From a virus: a stretch of DNA of 64,000 nt. The stretch is from IMG/VR virus record IMGVR_UViG_3300022555_000009, one strand, 5' to 3'. This document shows positions 49,172 to 58,281 of the stretch, piece by piece. Within the stretch, counting starts at the first letter, position 1; each line of letters opens with the position of its first letter. A program made the position numbers and the translations under genes. The notes under the pieces are model-generated. The model worked only from the letters and a program-made list of their open reading frames with translations. It searched no databases and was not told the DNA's origin.

Positions 49172-51028
49172 ATGGCAACTATTAAGAAATCCCTGAAGAA
49201 GGGCGGCGAGGCTCGTTGGACGTTCCGAGGAGCTCAGTCGGGAGATTTTTTCACAATTCCAAACGGATTCCGAGTCGCTACCGACGGCGTTGTTTTAGAG
49301 AACAATACAACCGTTCCAGTAGAAGGAACCATTTCTATCGGTAAGGGCAGCGTTCCTATTTTTGGAGCTTATGCCTTCACACTCAGCACTCTTACGACTG
49401 CTACCACAGGTACTATTACTGCTGGTGGTGCGTTGAGCTTCACCACAGCTCTGACTGCTGCTCAGGTTACCGCAGTTAACGCTCTCGGTAACACAGCGGC
49501 TGGATTAGCTCTCTTCGCATCTTCTCTTGTAGGTAATATCAATGCAACAGCGGCAGGAGCGGCTGCAGCAGCAGCAGCAACTACCAATCCTGGATACCTA
49601 TCCCCTTGGACAGTATCTTCTTCTGGTGCAGTTATTACCTTCGTGGCCCCTGTTCCAGGCACTGTCAACACAGCACCTACCTTCACGGGCTCAGCTGGTG
49701 TAACAATCAGTGCAGCTGTTAACACGGCAGTTGGAGCAAACGACGTTTCTGTTCTATCTGGTTACTCTGTAGCCTCCTTGGCCCCAGGAGCAATAACTCA
49801 GGTTACTTTGCCTGCGCCTATCTACAACGACGTGGCTACCGGTGGAAGACTTAATACTGTTTTCACAGGTACAACTTCAGGCTCTGCGGGATCATATGTT
49901 CTCTGTGGAAAGACAGTAAGTATTCCAACATCTACCACGGCCCTTCAAACCGGAGTCGTACTAGGCGGACGTTCTATTTATGTCTCTACGATATCTGGTT
50001 ACGTAGGTACAGCAGGTATCACTGTTAACGGCGTCGCTGTTACGGCTCTTGCTTCTTCTCTCGCCGGTATCGTTAACGGCATCGCAAATACTAACGTTCC
50101 AGGATGGACTATATTCTCTGACGGCGCAACAATCTTTACAATGATTGCTAACTTGCCCGGTCCGACATCAATGCCTGTTATAGTGACTGCAGGTCAGTTC
50201 ACTAACACACCATCTACCCAGACTGTGGGCTTCAATCTTCCTGGTTATATCGCTGACACTTCTACTCCGATCGCAACTACAATTACTTTAAACGGTAACG
50301 CTGGTGCATTAGCTTCTGCTGTAATCGGTGGAAATTATGTCGCAGCTCCTTATCTCGCTGCATTGACTTATACTCCTACTATAATGGCCCCCGTCTTTGC
50401 TGGATGTGCGTGGTACCAGGGAGTTATGACTGGTGCGCCAACTGCAACTACTCAGATAGTTATTGATGGTGTTTCTTCGATCGCTTGTGGTGCAACTTCT
50501 CTAGCTTCCCTGATGACTGCCATGGCTGGTCTATCAGGCGTTAACTGGATTATCACAAACGTAGCAGGCGGCTCCTTCCTGATGGTTAACACCGTCCCAG
50601 GATATCACGCTCCTCCTGTGATTTCTTTCACCAACAACAACAACGCTGCTGTGGGTACTATTACTTCTGGTCCAGGATTTACTCTTTCTGGCTACACCCA
50701 GACTTACACGGCAACGACCGCAGTGTTTACTTCTCAGGCTACTACTTATGCGCCTGGAATGTCTTTCTACCCCGTGGTAGCTCCTACTACTCAGACTTGG
50801 ATTAAGAATGCGGCTTACAGCGGCTCTACTGGTGGCGTTATTGTATCTAACGATATTGTAAACACCGTGGGCTACTCGGCTCCAACTCTCACAGTAGGAA
50901 GTACAATCGGTACTCAGACCTATGTGAATACCCTCACTTCAACTGATACTCCTTACTTCTTTACCTTCTCTCGTTCTGAGATGCATGGTAAGACCAATGT
51001 GTCAGTTCTTCTAAAGAAGTGGTCGTAA
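49172..51028 (+). CDS. Abundant virion structural protein (decoration/fibre-like)
   Basis: Own ACTAATT promoter, SD AAGGAG and terminator; T/A/G/V-rich. Confidence 0.5.
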   Translation: MATIKKSLKKGGEARWTFRGAQSGDFFTIPNGFRVATDGVVLENNTTVPVEGTISIGKGSVPIFGAYAFTLSTLTTATTGTITAGGALSFTTALTAAQVTAVNALGNTAAGLALFASSLVGNINATAAGAAAAAAATTNPGYLSPWTVSSSGAVITFVAPVPGTVNTAPTFTGSAGVTISAAVNTAVGANDVSVLSGYSVASLAPGAITQVTLPAPIYNDVATGGRLNTVFTGTTSGSAGSYVLCGKTVSIPTSTTALQTGVVLGGRSIYVSTISGYVGTAGITVNGVAVTALASSLAGIVNGIANTNVPGWTIFSDGATIFTMIANLPGPTSMPVIVTAGQFTNTPSTQTVGFNLPGYIADTSTPIATTITLNGNAGALASAVIGGNYVAAPYLAALTYTPTIMAPVFAGCAWYQGVMTGAPTATTQIVIDGVSSIACGATSLASLMTAMAGLSGVNWIITNVAGGSFLMVNTVPGYHAPPVISFTNNNNAAVGTITSGPGFTLSGYTQTYTATTAVFTSQATTYAPGMSFYPVVAPTTQTWIKNAAYSGSTGGVIVSNDIVNTVGYSAPTLTVGSTIGTQTYVNTLTSTDTPYFFTFSRSEMHGKTNVSVLLKKWS

Positions 51029-51050
51029 TTTAAACGAATTTTCGAAAAAT

Positions 51051-51076
51051 AAAGGAGGCTGAAAAGCCTCCTTTTT
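51051..51076 (+). terminator. Intrinsic terminator
   Basis: AAAGGAGGCT-GAAA-AGCCTCCTTTTT. Confidence 0.9.
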
Positions 51077-51107
51077 AATTTAATTAGAGATGTACTAATT
51101 TGGAACG

Positions 51108-51551
51108 ATGTACCAAAACCCCAGAACTCTATTTCAGCAGCGTATAAATGGTCTTCTAAAAGATCCGGAATGTTCTCCTATGTTTGAGGATATCTTTAAA
51201 TTGCTGCAGTTATATGCCTTAGAAAAATTAACGCCCAATAAGCCTGATGAGTCAAACTGGAAAACTCTGTTGCTTATGTACGAAGAACTAGGCCCATCTG
51301 GGATGGCTAAGCTCGTGTCCTTGGCTAAAGGCAAAGCCATAACTTTCCCTACAGAAGAAGAGTTTCAAGACTCTGTAATAACTACTTTAAGTTATTACTA
51401 TAAGGAAGTAGAGAATAAGAATTGGGACGAAATTAAAAAGATACTGAATCAGCCGGATCTGAATACTATTAAGTTCGGCATTCGCGTACGGAATTTCTCG
51501 ACGTTTATAAATGAACAGTTGTTGAAAAAATTCAAGAAGGTAGAAATATGA
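51108..51551 (+). CDS. Hypothetical protein (possibly Mor-like)
   Basis: ELG...MAKLVSLAKGKAITFP resembles the Mor-family N-terminal motif. Confidence 0.4.
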   Translation: MYQNPRTLFQQRINGLLKDPECSPMFEDIFKLLQLYALEKLTPNKPDESNWKTLLLMYEELGPSGMAKLVSLAKGKAITFPTEEEFQDSVITTLSYYYKEVENKNWDEIKKILNQPDLNTIKFGIRVRNFSTFINEQLLKKFKKVEI

Positions 51552-52024
51552 AAAACAAAGATTTAGAGGACGCAAAAAACATGTTAACTGCTACGTTGGT
51601 GGAATCCACTAAAACACCAACCTTATACGACCCTTCTACAGAAGTAGAGAGATCATTATCTAGCTTTCTTCAACATAGGCTGACCAAATTGCAGGAGGAC
51701 GCTTCAAGAGAAGAAACTATATGGGAGGCTATAACAGAGAGAGTCTCTGAGTTCAATCCTGATCAGCTAATGAGGCTTCTAAATATTCTACAAGAGAATA
51801 GTAACTCAGGCGTTGAAAAAATCCTGAGTCCTTTCATTCCGAGAGCAGGGGAAAGAATTCCCCTCTTGCCTGACAACTCAAAGAAGAGTAAGGATATCGT
51901 CGAAGAGACAATATTCAATGAGTCTGGTAAAGATTTGATGGAGGCCTTTTCCGAATTGAACTCCCTAGTGAGGGAAATGGCTAAGACAAGAGAAACTGAG
52001 GATATAAAGAAAGTACTGTCGTAA
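51548..52024 (+). CDS. Hypothetical helical protein
   Basis: ATGA coupling. Confidence 0.6.
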   Translation: MKNKDLEDAKNMLTATLVESTKTPTLYDPSTEVERSLSSFLQHRLTKLQEDASREETIWEAITERVSEFNPDQLMRLLNILQENSNSGVEKILSPFIPRAGERIPLLPDNSKKSKDIVEETIFNESGKDLMEAFSELNSLVREMAKTRETEDIKKVLS

Positions 52025-52041
52025 AATATACTTTTCTGTAT

Positions 52042-52071
52042 CTTTAGAAAGGAGGTGATCCTAATCTAAAG
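52042..52071 (+). promoter_or_regulatory. Hairpin containing a 16-nt perfect complement of the 16S rRNA 3' end
   Basis: AGAAAGGAGGTGATCC at 52046-52061 inside CTTTAGA...TCTAAAG and AGGA/TCCT stems. Confidence 0.6.
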
Positions 52072-52110
52072 GTGACGAAAATGTACAAAAATAAAAGGTA
52101 GGAATATGCT

Positions 52111-52142
52111 AAGAGGCTCTCTGAAAAGAGAGCCTCTTTTTT
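52111..52142. terminator. Intrinsic terminator between convergent genes
   Basis: AAGAGGCTCTCT-GAAA-AGAGAGCCTCTTTTTT. Confidence 0.9.
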
Positions 52143-53958
52143 ATACACTACTCATCTCAAATATCATCTTCGCTGTATTACGATCTAAGTACTGTTGAGT
52201 ACCGAACTTTTTAGTTGTGAAGTCCTTATCTTCCAAATTCATATCTCGAACACAATCTAAGGAGTTATCAATAATTAGGAGATAGGTGTACACCGTCTTC
52301 TGTTGCCCAATACGATGAATACGAAATATAGATTGGTTATACTCTGTATAATTCCAGGTTCTATCAAAGTAAATAGCTATATTAGCCTCAACAATAGTCA
52401 CGCTGCTATTAAGAACCTGTATGCCCGCAATAAGAATATTGCGATCTTTCGAGGCTTGAAAATCTGCTATGATATCTGCCTTGAATTCATCCAGGGTCCT
52501 CCCCTTCGGTACTTTGACTTCCCCGTTGATGAGATAGGGCTGCCTCTTTTCTAAGATTACCGCCAGTTCTTGACCGACTGTAGGATGAGAGCACCATATA
52601 ATAATTTTTTCGTTAGGATGCTTTTCTAAGAGATCATCCAAAGCTCCCATCTTACAGTGATTAGAGAACTTAAATTTTTCGACCTTGCGAATAAGATTGT
52701 CTGGTAACTTTGTTTCATGGTTTAAAAGTAAGCTTGGATTATCGATGGCTAAGGAGAGATAGGGGAAAGAATTAAACACAGCTCGAGAGTCTATGCCTCC
52801 GTAAAATTCTTGTATGGCTCGTAGTTTTTCTACAACGATTCCTTGGTAGATTTCCTTCTGCTCATCAGATAGCTCCACATAAATCTTCTGTATGAAGTGC
52901 TCAGGCAACTCCAAAACGTCGTCAGCAAATCTTCGAGTAGACACTGATTTTACAATATCAGCCATCTCTATAAGTTTATTGGGTTTGAAGTAATTGATAG
53001 CATATAAAGAAAATCTATTGCCAGTATCTGCATACTCTTGTAGCCACTCGAAGTAAGAGAAATTCTTTACTAAGGCGGGATCTAAGAACTTCAGCTGTGA
53101 GTAGTACTTCTCTTCTCTGTCTGCAGGAGTTCCTGTTGCAATGTATCTATACTGAAAGAAGGGAGCGGCAAGGTGTATGGCCTTAGATTGCCTGGCTTGA
53201 GGATTCGCGATATTATGTGATTCGTCCAGGATAATGATGCCAACATCTCCCTGAAGCCAATCTCGAAAGGGAATAGGACACTTACGATAATTCTTTGAAT
53301 TGGATATCTCTTCCTGATACTCATCAGATACTAAGAGGAAAGATCGGTAGCTGCAGATGACAACATGAGATTTCACGTCGTCAAAAGGTCGCCGGTTTTT
53401 AATTCCCCCAACTCTAACATCTGATGAGTCATAGTTAGAAAATCTCCCCAGTTCTCTCTTGATATTGTAAGTGCCAGACCCTGAGGTAATGATAAGTACT
53501 TTTCTGACGTCTTTGTATTTACGGAGTAATTCAAGGGTGTTACATAGTATCCAGCTCTTCCCGGTACCTTGTTCATTAAAAAGAGCATATCGGTTGTAAC
53601 TGGAGCATTTAGATAGGTCTTCGAGTTGGAAATATTCATGCGGCGCCTTCCCCATAATGGGTTGTACTTTTAAATCATCTTTAGTAAAAGGAATTCTTTG
53701 AAATTCGATCGATCTCTTGGGAGTCTTCAATATCTCTATCTGAGACCATACTTCGTTTGTAATATAAAGTTCTTCTACGTCTCCCAAAGCGTCTATGACA
53801 GAGTCATAAACAGACGTCGGAATACACCACTGTTTACTCTTTGGTTCAAACTGACATCGATATCTCTTATATATAGTAAGATCTGTATCGAAGGCGTTGA
53901 CCGAGAATAATTGACTGGCATATATTTTATCGTCGCGAACTAGAATCTGAATGCTCAT
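52141..53958 (-). CDS. SNF2-family helicase
   Basis: EQGTGKS, ILDESH, TGTP, QSIFRIHRIGQ. Confidence 0.9.
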   Translation of the reverse strand: MSIQILVRDDKIYASQLFSVNAFDTDLTIYKRYRCQFEPKSKQWCIPTSVYDSVIDALGDVEELYITNEVWSQIEILKTPKRSIEFQRIPFTKDDLKVQPIMGKAPHEYFQLEDLSKCSSYNRYALFNEQGTGKSWILCNTLELLRKYKDVRKVLIITSGSGTYNIKRELGRFSNYDSSDVRVGGIKNRRPFDDVKSHVVICSYRSFLLVSDEYQEEISNSKNYRKCPIPFRDWLQGDVGIIILDESHNIANPQARQSKAIHLAAPFFQYRYIATGTPADREEKYYSQLKFLDPALVKNFSYFEWLQEYADTGNRFSLYAINYFKPNKLIEMADIVKSVSTRRFADDVLELPEHFIQKIYVELSDEQKEIYQGIVVEKLRAIQEFYGGIDSRAVFNSFPYLSLAIDNPSLLLNHETKLPDNLIRKVEKFKFSNHCKMGALDDLLEKHPNEKIIIWCSHPTVGQELAVILEKRQPYLINGEVKVPKGRTLDEFKADIIADFQASKDRNILIAGIQVLNSSVTIVEANIAIYFDRTWNYTEYNQSIFRIHRIGQQKTVYTYLLIIDNSLDCVRDMNLEDKDFTTKKFGTQQYLDRNTAKMIFEMSSV

Positions 53959-54752
53959 TGGAGATTATGCTCCTTGAAATATTTTCTCCAGTCTACGCCG
54001 CCTTTATAGTACTCCCCCTCACGAGGATCTGCGATAACAATATCTACTGTCAAAGGAACACCCTTCTGCCAGGGTTCCATTCTTTCAAATATTTCTTTGA
54101 TCTTGGCTATCACCTCTTTCATTTCATTATCCCAGATAATGAAATCTACAGAGTCGTGAACCATACCTTGTATATAGGATTTAATATTATTGGCTTCTTT
54201 CCAGATTTGGAAATCGACCATGCAACCCATTACTTTACAAGCCTCATCATTTTGAATAGTCGTGTTGGCTAAGATATTATAAAGGCCCGCTACTTCTTTT
54301 CTATCCTCATCCTTACCTTTTAGCATAAGAACTGGCGTTCTGCGAATTGCTCCGTGGTAAGAACGAACATATCCCTGCTCCTCGCCTATCTGCTTATTAC
54401 GCTCAATGCGATCAGCAAGTCCTTTATATGTCTTAAAGAATTGGTCTCGAATATAATCAGCGACCGTAATGTAGCCCCACATTTTAGGTTCTACATCTTT
54501 ATACTTCTTAGCAATATTAAATTTCTTGTCGTAGAGCTGAAATTCCTCTATGAAGTCGTCGACCTGCTCTTGCGTCCATTTTACAGATAAAGTAGTCTCG
54601 GCGAATGTTATGGAAGCCATACCGAATAAAAATCCGAAGTTAACTGCTTTCGCCATTTGTCTGTATACATCGTAAATGTTATCTTTCTGGCGCAGTCTCT
54701 TAAATTCAATTTCTGTTATGGGCCTCATGACTTTTCTATGTGTGATTTTCAT
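53955..54752 (-). CDS. polA: Family A DNA polymerase, C-terminal part (motifs B and C)
   Basis: RQMAKAVNFGFLFG (motif B), GYVRSYHG..RR, NTTIQ, MVHDS (motif C); start moved to ATG 54752 (MKITHRK), 6 nt after TATATT. Confidence 0.9.
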   Translation of the reverse strand: MKITHRKVMRPITEIEFKRLRQKDNIYDVYRQMAKAVNFGFLFGMASITFAETTLSVKWTQEQVDDFIEEFQLYDKKFNIAKKYKDVEPKMWGYITVADYIRDQFFKTYKGLADRIERNKQIGEEQGYVRSYHGAIRRTPVLMLKGKDEDRKEVAGLYNILANTTIQNDEACKVMGCMVDFQIWKEANNIKSYIQGMVHDSVDFIIWDNEMKEVIAKIKEIFERMEPWQKGVPLTVDIVIADPREGEYYKGGVDWRKYFKEHNLQ

Positions 54753-54793
54753 ATAGAGAATATATGAATCAGCCTTTGTATATATTGGTCCAT

Positions 54794-56881
54794 ATGACAA
54801 TACTAAAACTTGAGCTTGAAAACTTCATGAACATAGCTAAAGCCGACCTAGATTTTAAAAACGGCATAAATGTTATTTCGGGAAAAAATGGAGCAGGAAA
54901 AAGTGCTGTGCTTGAAGCTATCGCTTTCTGCATGGTTGAACGCAGAAGAGGGGACTCTTGGAAAGACTACATCAGGTCCGGAACAACAGGATTTAAAATC
55001 CACCTACTCATACAAAAGAGTGCGGCAAAAGCGGATGTCGTTGAATTCAGATATGAAGGTAATATAAAGCAAGGCGCGACCAGTAAGCAAATTATCTACC
55101 AGGGTAAGACCTATGTGAATTCGGAGTGCTCTGATTTTATAAAGGACACCTTTGACTCCGAAATGTTGGAGAATATTATTTTTACCCTACAGGATAGTAA
55201 ACCAGTCACTCACCAGACTCCTCTGGAGCGTAGGACCATATTTAAGAAAATATTCAATTCTAATTTCACAACCGCTGTTGAGAAAATTAAAGCGGATATT
55301 GAACAAAAAGAGGCTGAAAGCACAACCTTAGCATACGAGATAAATGCCATTAAATCCAAAACTTATCCTAAGGTGAGATTAGAGAGTATGGATCCTCAGG
55401 AATTGAGTGTCTATCTTACAGAGCAATCTAAGATAGAAGATAAGATGAAAGAATCTACGTTCGATAATGAATTTAATACCCTCTACCTGAGCAACCGAGA
55501 AGTCTTCGAAAAGTATGTGTTGCCTTCGTACCTAAATACTAGGGATGATGTAACGAAGCTTGAGAAAGAAATCGGAGATTCTCTAGTGAAAACAGAATTC
55601 TGCGAACGCGACATACGAGCTGGTGAAGCACGGCTTAATACTTTAGATATAAATATCAGTGGGCTCAAGCTCAAAATAGAAGCTCTTGAAAAATCTCTGG
55701 ACTCTGAGAGTGATTCTATAGGAGACCTTGAAAAAACTTTACAAGGTTTGAGAGCCCGTATCCGGGAAGCTCAGGTGCTTAGGTCCATCTCCAATACACA
55801 TTTGGAAACACATAAGAAAGGTAAGTGCGATGCTTGTGGGCAAGATTGTGATATAACAAGGATCCAGGAGTTAGAGACCGGGGTTAAAGTTATTTCTAGG
55901 CACATTCAGGATTTAATTTCTGATGAAAATCAGGTTACGGCCCAGCATACTTCCTGTGTAGCGCGTGTTAAAGAGATCGGTAAAACCTTAGATGACTTAA
56001 GGAATACTCTTTATCGTGAGAATGTGGGGGTCGAGAAAACAACAAAAAATCTTGAAAATAATCGACGTGAAATTACCCAGGATAGGCTATCTACGCAGAG
56101 TCTACAAACGATTTTACAAGAGAAAACAAGAGAATTATGTAGAATAGAACCCGAGGTCGATCAGAAAGAAACATGGCTCAAAGAGAACGAATCTCGATGG
56201 CAGGCCTTAGAAACTTCTGATCCAGCTATTTATGAAGAACAACTGAAAGGCATACGCGCTAAGATTCAGGATTATAATCAAAGATTGACATCTAGGTTAG
56301 AGCGAGAAGCTTTCAACAAGAAGCTAGATGAGCAGATTCAAAAAGATTCTGACCAGGTGCAAAAGCTATCTGAGAAGATAAATACTCTAGACTTAGAAAT
56401 CAAAAATCTCGAGTTCGTTAAGATGTTCTACGAGACTACGTTTCCCAATTTTATCAACTCAAAGGCCTGTACCTTACTGGAGTCTTATATGAATAACTTC
56501 CTCAGCACAACTAAGGAGGGATTCCAATTTAAACTTTTGTCCACGAAGAAAGGTATAGACTTTTTATATAAGGCAGACCCCGCGTCAGAATGGTTGAATG
56601 TTAAGTTAGCCTCTGGTTTTGAAACTTCGGTATCTAATCTAGCTTTTAAATGTGCCGTGGCTTTTTCATACCAGTCTGGACTTTTGGTTCTCGACGAGCC
56701 TGACGCATACAGTTCTGAGTCTAATAGCGAGCGGTTATTTGAAACCTTGACCAGTATTAACGACGGATTTGAGCAGATGATTATCATTACGCATAAGACT
56801 CAGGCTATGGAATTCTTAAAGGAGAACGGCGCCAATATTTATAAAGTTACTGATGGAGTCTTCGAGCAATCTGCTGACTAA
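54794..56881 (+). CDS. SbcC/Rad50/gp46-like ATPase
   Basis: LENFMN, GKNGAGKS, coiled coil with CDAC zinc hook, ASGFE signature, LVLDEP, IITH. Confidence 0.9.
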   Translation: MTILKLELENFMNIAKADLDFKNGINVISGKNGAGKSAVLEAIAFCMVERRRGDSWKDYIRSGTTGFKIHLLIQKSAAKADVVEFRYEGNIKQGATSKQIIYQGKTYVNSECSDFIKDTFDSEMLENIIFTLQDSKPVTHQTPLERRTIFKKIFNSNFTTAVEKIKADIEQKEAESTTLAYEINAIKSKTYPKVRLESMDPQELSVYLTEQSKIEDKMKESTFDNEFNTLYLSNREVFEKYVLPSYLNTRDDVTKLEKEIGDSLVKTEFCERDIRAGEARLNTLDINISGLKLKIEALEKSLDSESDSIGDLEKTLQGLRARIREAQVLRSISNTHLETHKKGKCDACGQDCDITRIQELETGVKVISRHIQDLISDENQVTAQHTSCVARVKEIGKTLDDLRNTLYRENVGVEKTTKNLENNRREITQDRLSTQSLQTILQEKTRELCRIEPEVDQKETWLKENESRWQALETSDPAIYEEQLKGIRAKIQDYNQRLTSRLEREAFNKKLDEQIQKDSDQVQKLSEKINTLDLEIKNLEFVKMFYETTFPNFINSKACTLLESYMNNFLSTTKEGFQFKLLSTKKGIDFLYKADPASEWLNVKLASGFETSVSNLAFKCAVAFSYQSGLLVLDEPDAYSSESNSERLFETLTSINDGFEQMIIITHKTQAMEFLKENGANIYKVTDGVFEQSAD

Positions 56882-56979
56882 TTAAATAACGCGAGCGAGT
56901 TAGCTCTATAATAAACGTAATCAAGGGTATAGTTACCCATTTGATAAAAAGTACCGTAGTGTACAAAAAGGAGAAATGT

Positions 56980-58266
56980 ATGGCAGTTTCAGATGATGCA
57001 TTCAAGCAGTTTGCAGTAAAAACCGAACAGGAAGAAAGGGATCGCGCAGCTAAAGCCTCTAGCGGGGGCTATCAGCGAGATTTTGAAAATGTAAAATATT
57101 CCGGCCTTGAGAAAGGCGTAATGAAGATCATTCGTGGTCTCGGCGGAGTTCCTAATTCAGGCCAAGATAAGTTTACTTCTCGCACTGTGAGACATTCTCA
57201 GATCGTTGCAGATGATGGTAAGCGCATTCGAGTCATTCTTCCTCTCAAGACAGAGAACCCAGCTTTTATTCTATGGAAGATCATAGATAGGGTTACTGAG
57301 GTTGAGTGGGTCAATAAGGCGAAGGTATTCGTTAACGAGAGGAAGCATTCTGATATCTTTAGGATGGTGTCTGTTAATGGGTACGCAGAGGGAACTAATC
57401 AGGCTAAGTACGACAAGGGTTGGGCTGGTCGCGATTACTTCGTGATGAATTGTATCGATCGTTCGATGATGGATTGGCACAAGGAAAATAAGCATTCAGT
57501 TATTCTTTCGAAGCAGATCAACACAGTAAATACCGATGACGGTAAGGTACTGGAGTTTGCTGAAGAAGGTGTACCTGCTTATGGTTTCACTAATCTCTTG
57601 GCTTTGAATATCTTCAAGTTCTACGGTGATTGGTGTAATTATGATCTTGGCGTGGAGAAGCTCGGTCTTATGCAGAGCCCATTCCGACTCATTAATGCTT
57701 CGAAGCATGAGGAAGAGGTGCCTGAGGATCTTCGCGATCTCATTAAGTCTGGTCCTTTGACTGATGAAGAGAAGTCTTGGGAGTTGTACGACCTCGATAA
57801 GATTTTCGGTGTAACTTCGTACACAAAGCTTTTCAATAAGCTGAAGTTGTCAATCGCAAAGATTGATATGGCCCTCGGTAGTCATTACCTAGATGAGCTG
57901 AAGAGTCTCGCAGACCTAGAGGCTGCAAAGAGGAAGGAGCAGAATGAGCAAGCTGAAGCGGAGAAGGGTGCGAAAGATCCAGATGGATCCGAGTCAGCGG
58001 GTCTTAATCCTGATCCTGTACCGGAAGCTCGTCCGGCGAAGCGCCCACAGATGCAGGATGTGCCTGCTGATGTAGTTGAGCCTAAAGGATTTGCTACATT
58101 AACTCCTTCTGAGCTAAGTGGAATCACTAGTTGGGTTCCTGTAGACGGAAAGAAGTGGAATATCAAGTATAACGTTCCTGGAAAGCAGTATGAGTGTCCC
58201 CAGTGTGAAACTCCTGCCCCCGAAACTTATGCTCATTGCCCTGGTTGCGGCATGTCTTTTGCGTGA
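56980..58266 (+). CDS. Putative single-stranded DNA-binding protein (gp32-like) with C-terminal zinc ribbon
   Basis: SD AAGGAG; KIIRGLG, YFVMNCIDR, NYDL, YDLD; acidic linker; CPQC...CPGC. Confidence 0.5.
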   Translation: MAVSDDAFKQFAVKTEQEERDRAAKASSGGYQRDFENVKYSGLEKGVMKIIRGLGGVPNSGQDKFTSRTVRHSQIVADDGKRIRVILPLKTENPAFILWKIIDRVTEVEWVNKAKVFVNERKHSDIFRMVSVNGYAEGTNQAKYDKGWAGRDYFVMNCIDRSMMDWHKENKHSVILSKQINTVNTDDGKVLEFAEEGVPAYGFTNLLALNIFKFYGDWCNYDLGVEKLGLMQSPFRLINASKHEEEVPEDLRDLIKSGPLTDEEKSWELYDLDKIFGVTSYTKLFNKLKLSIAKIDMALGSHYLDELKSLADLEAAKRKEQNEQAEAEKGAKDPDGSESAGLNPDPVPEARPAKRPQMQDVPADVVEPKGFATLTPSELSGITSWVPVDGKKWNIKYNVPGKQYECPQCETPAPETYAHCPGCGMSFA

Positions 58267-58281
58267 GAAGGATAATCACAA

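Larger units (their letters stand above)
1940..56883. promoter_or_regulatory. Recurrent phage promoter motif ACTAATT (dispersed)
   Basis: Copies oriented toward the downstream gene: 1940(-), 3886(-), 8062, 9391(-), 9399, 12456(-), 13161, 18378, 20469, 25220, 28136, 47061, 49122, 51094, 56877; ACTAACT variants at 24119 and 45885. Confidence 0.75.

Noticed and set aside
52046-52061. 16S rRNA gene fragment
   Set aside because: The match is limited to 16 nt and the flanks do not resemble rRNA.
54753-54800. Overlap of polA-C and sbcC starts given in the ORF track
   Set aside because: Downstream ATGs (54752 and 54794) fit the domain starts and the back-to-back TATATT elements better.
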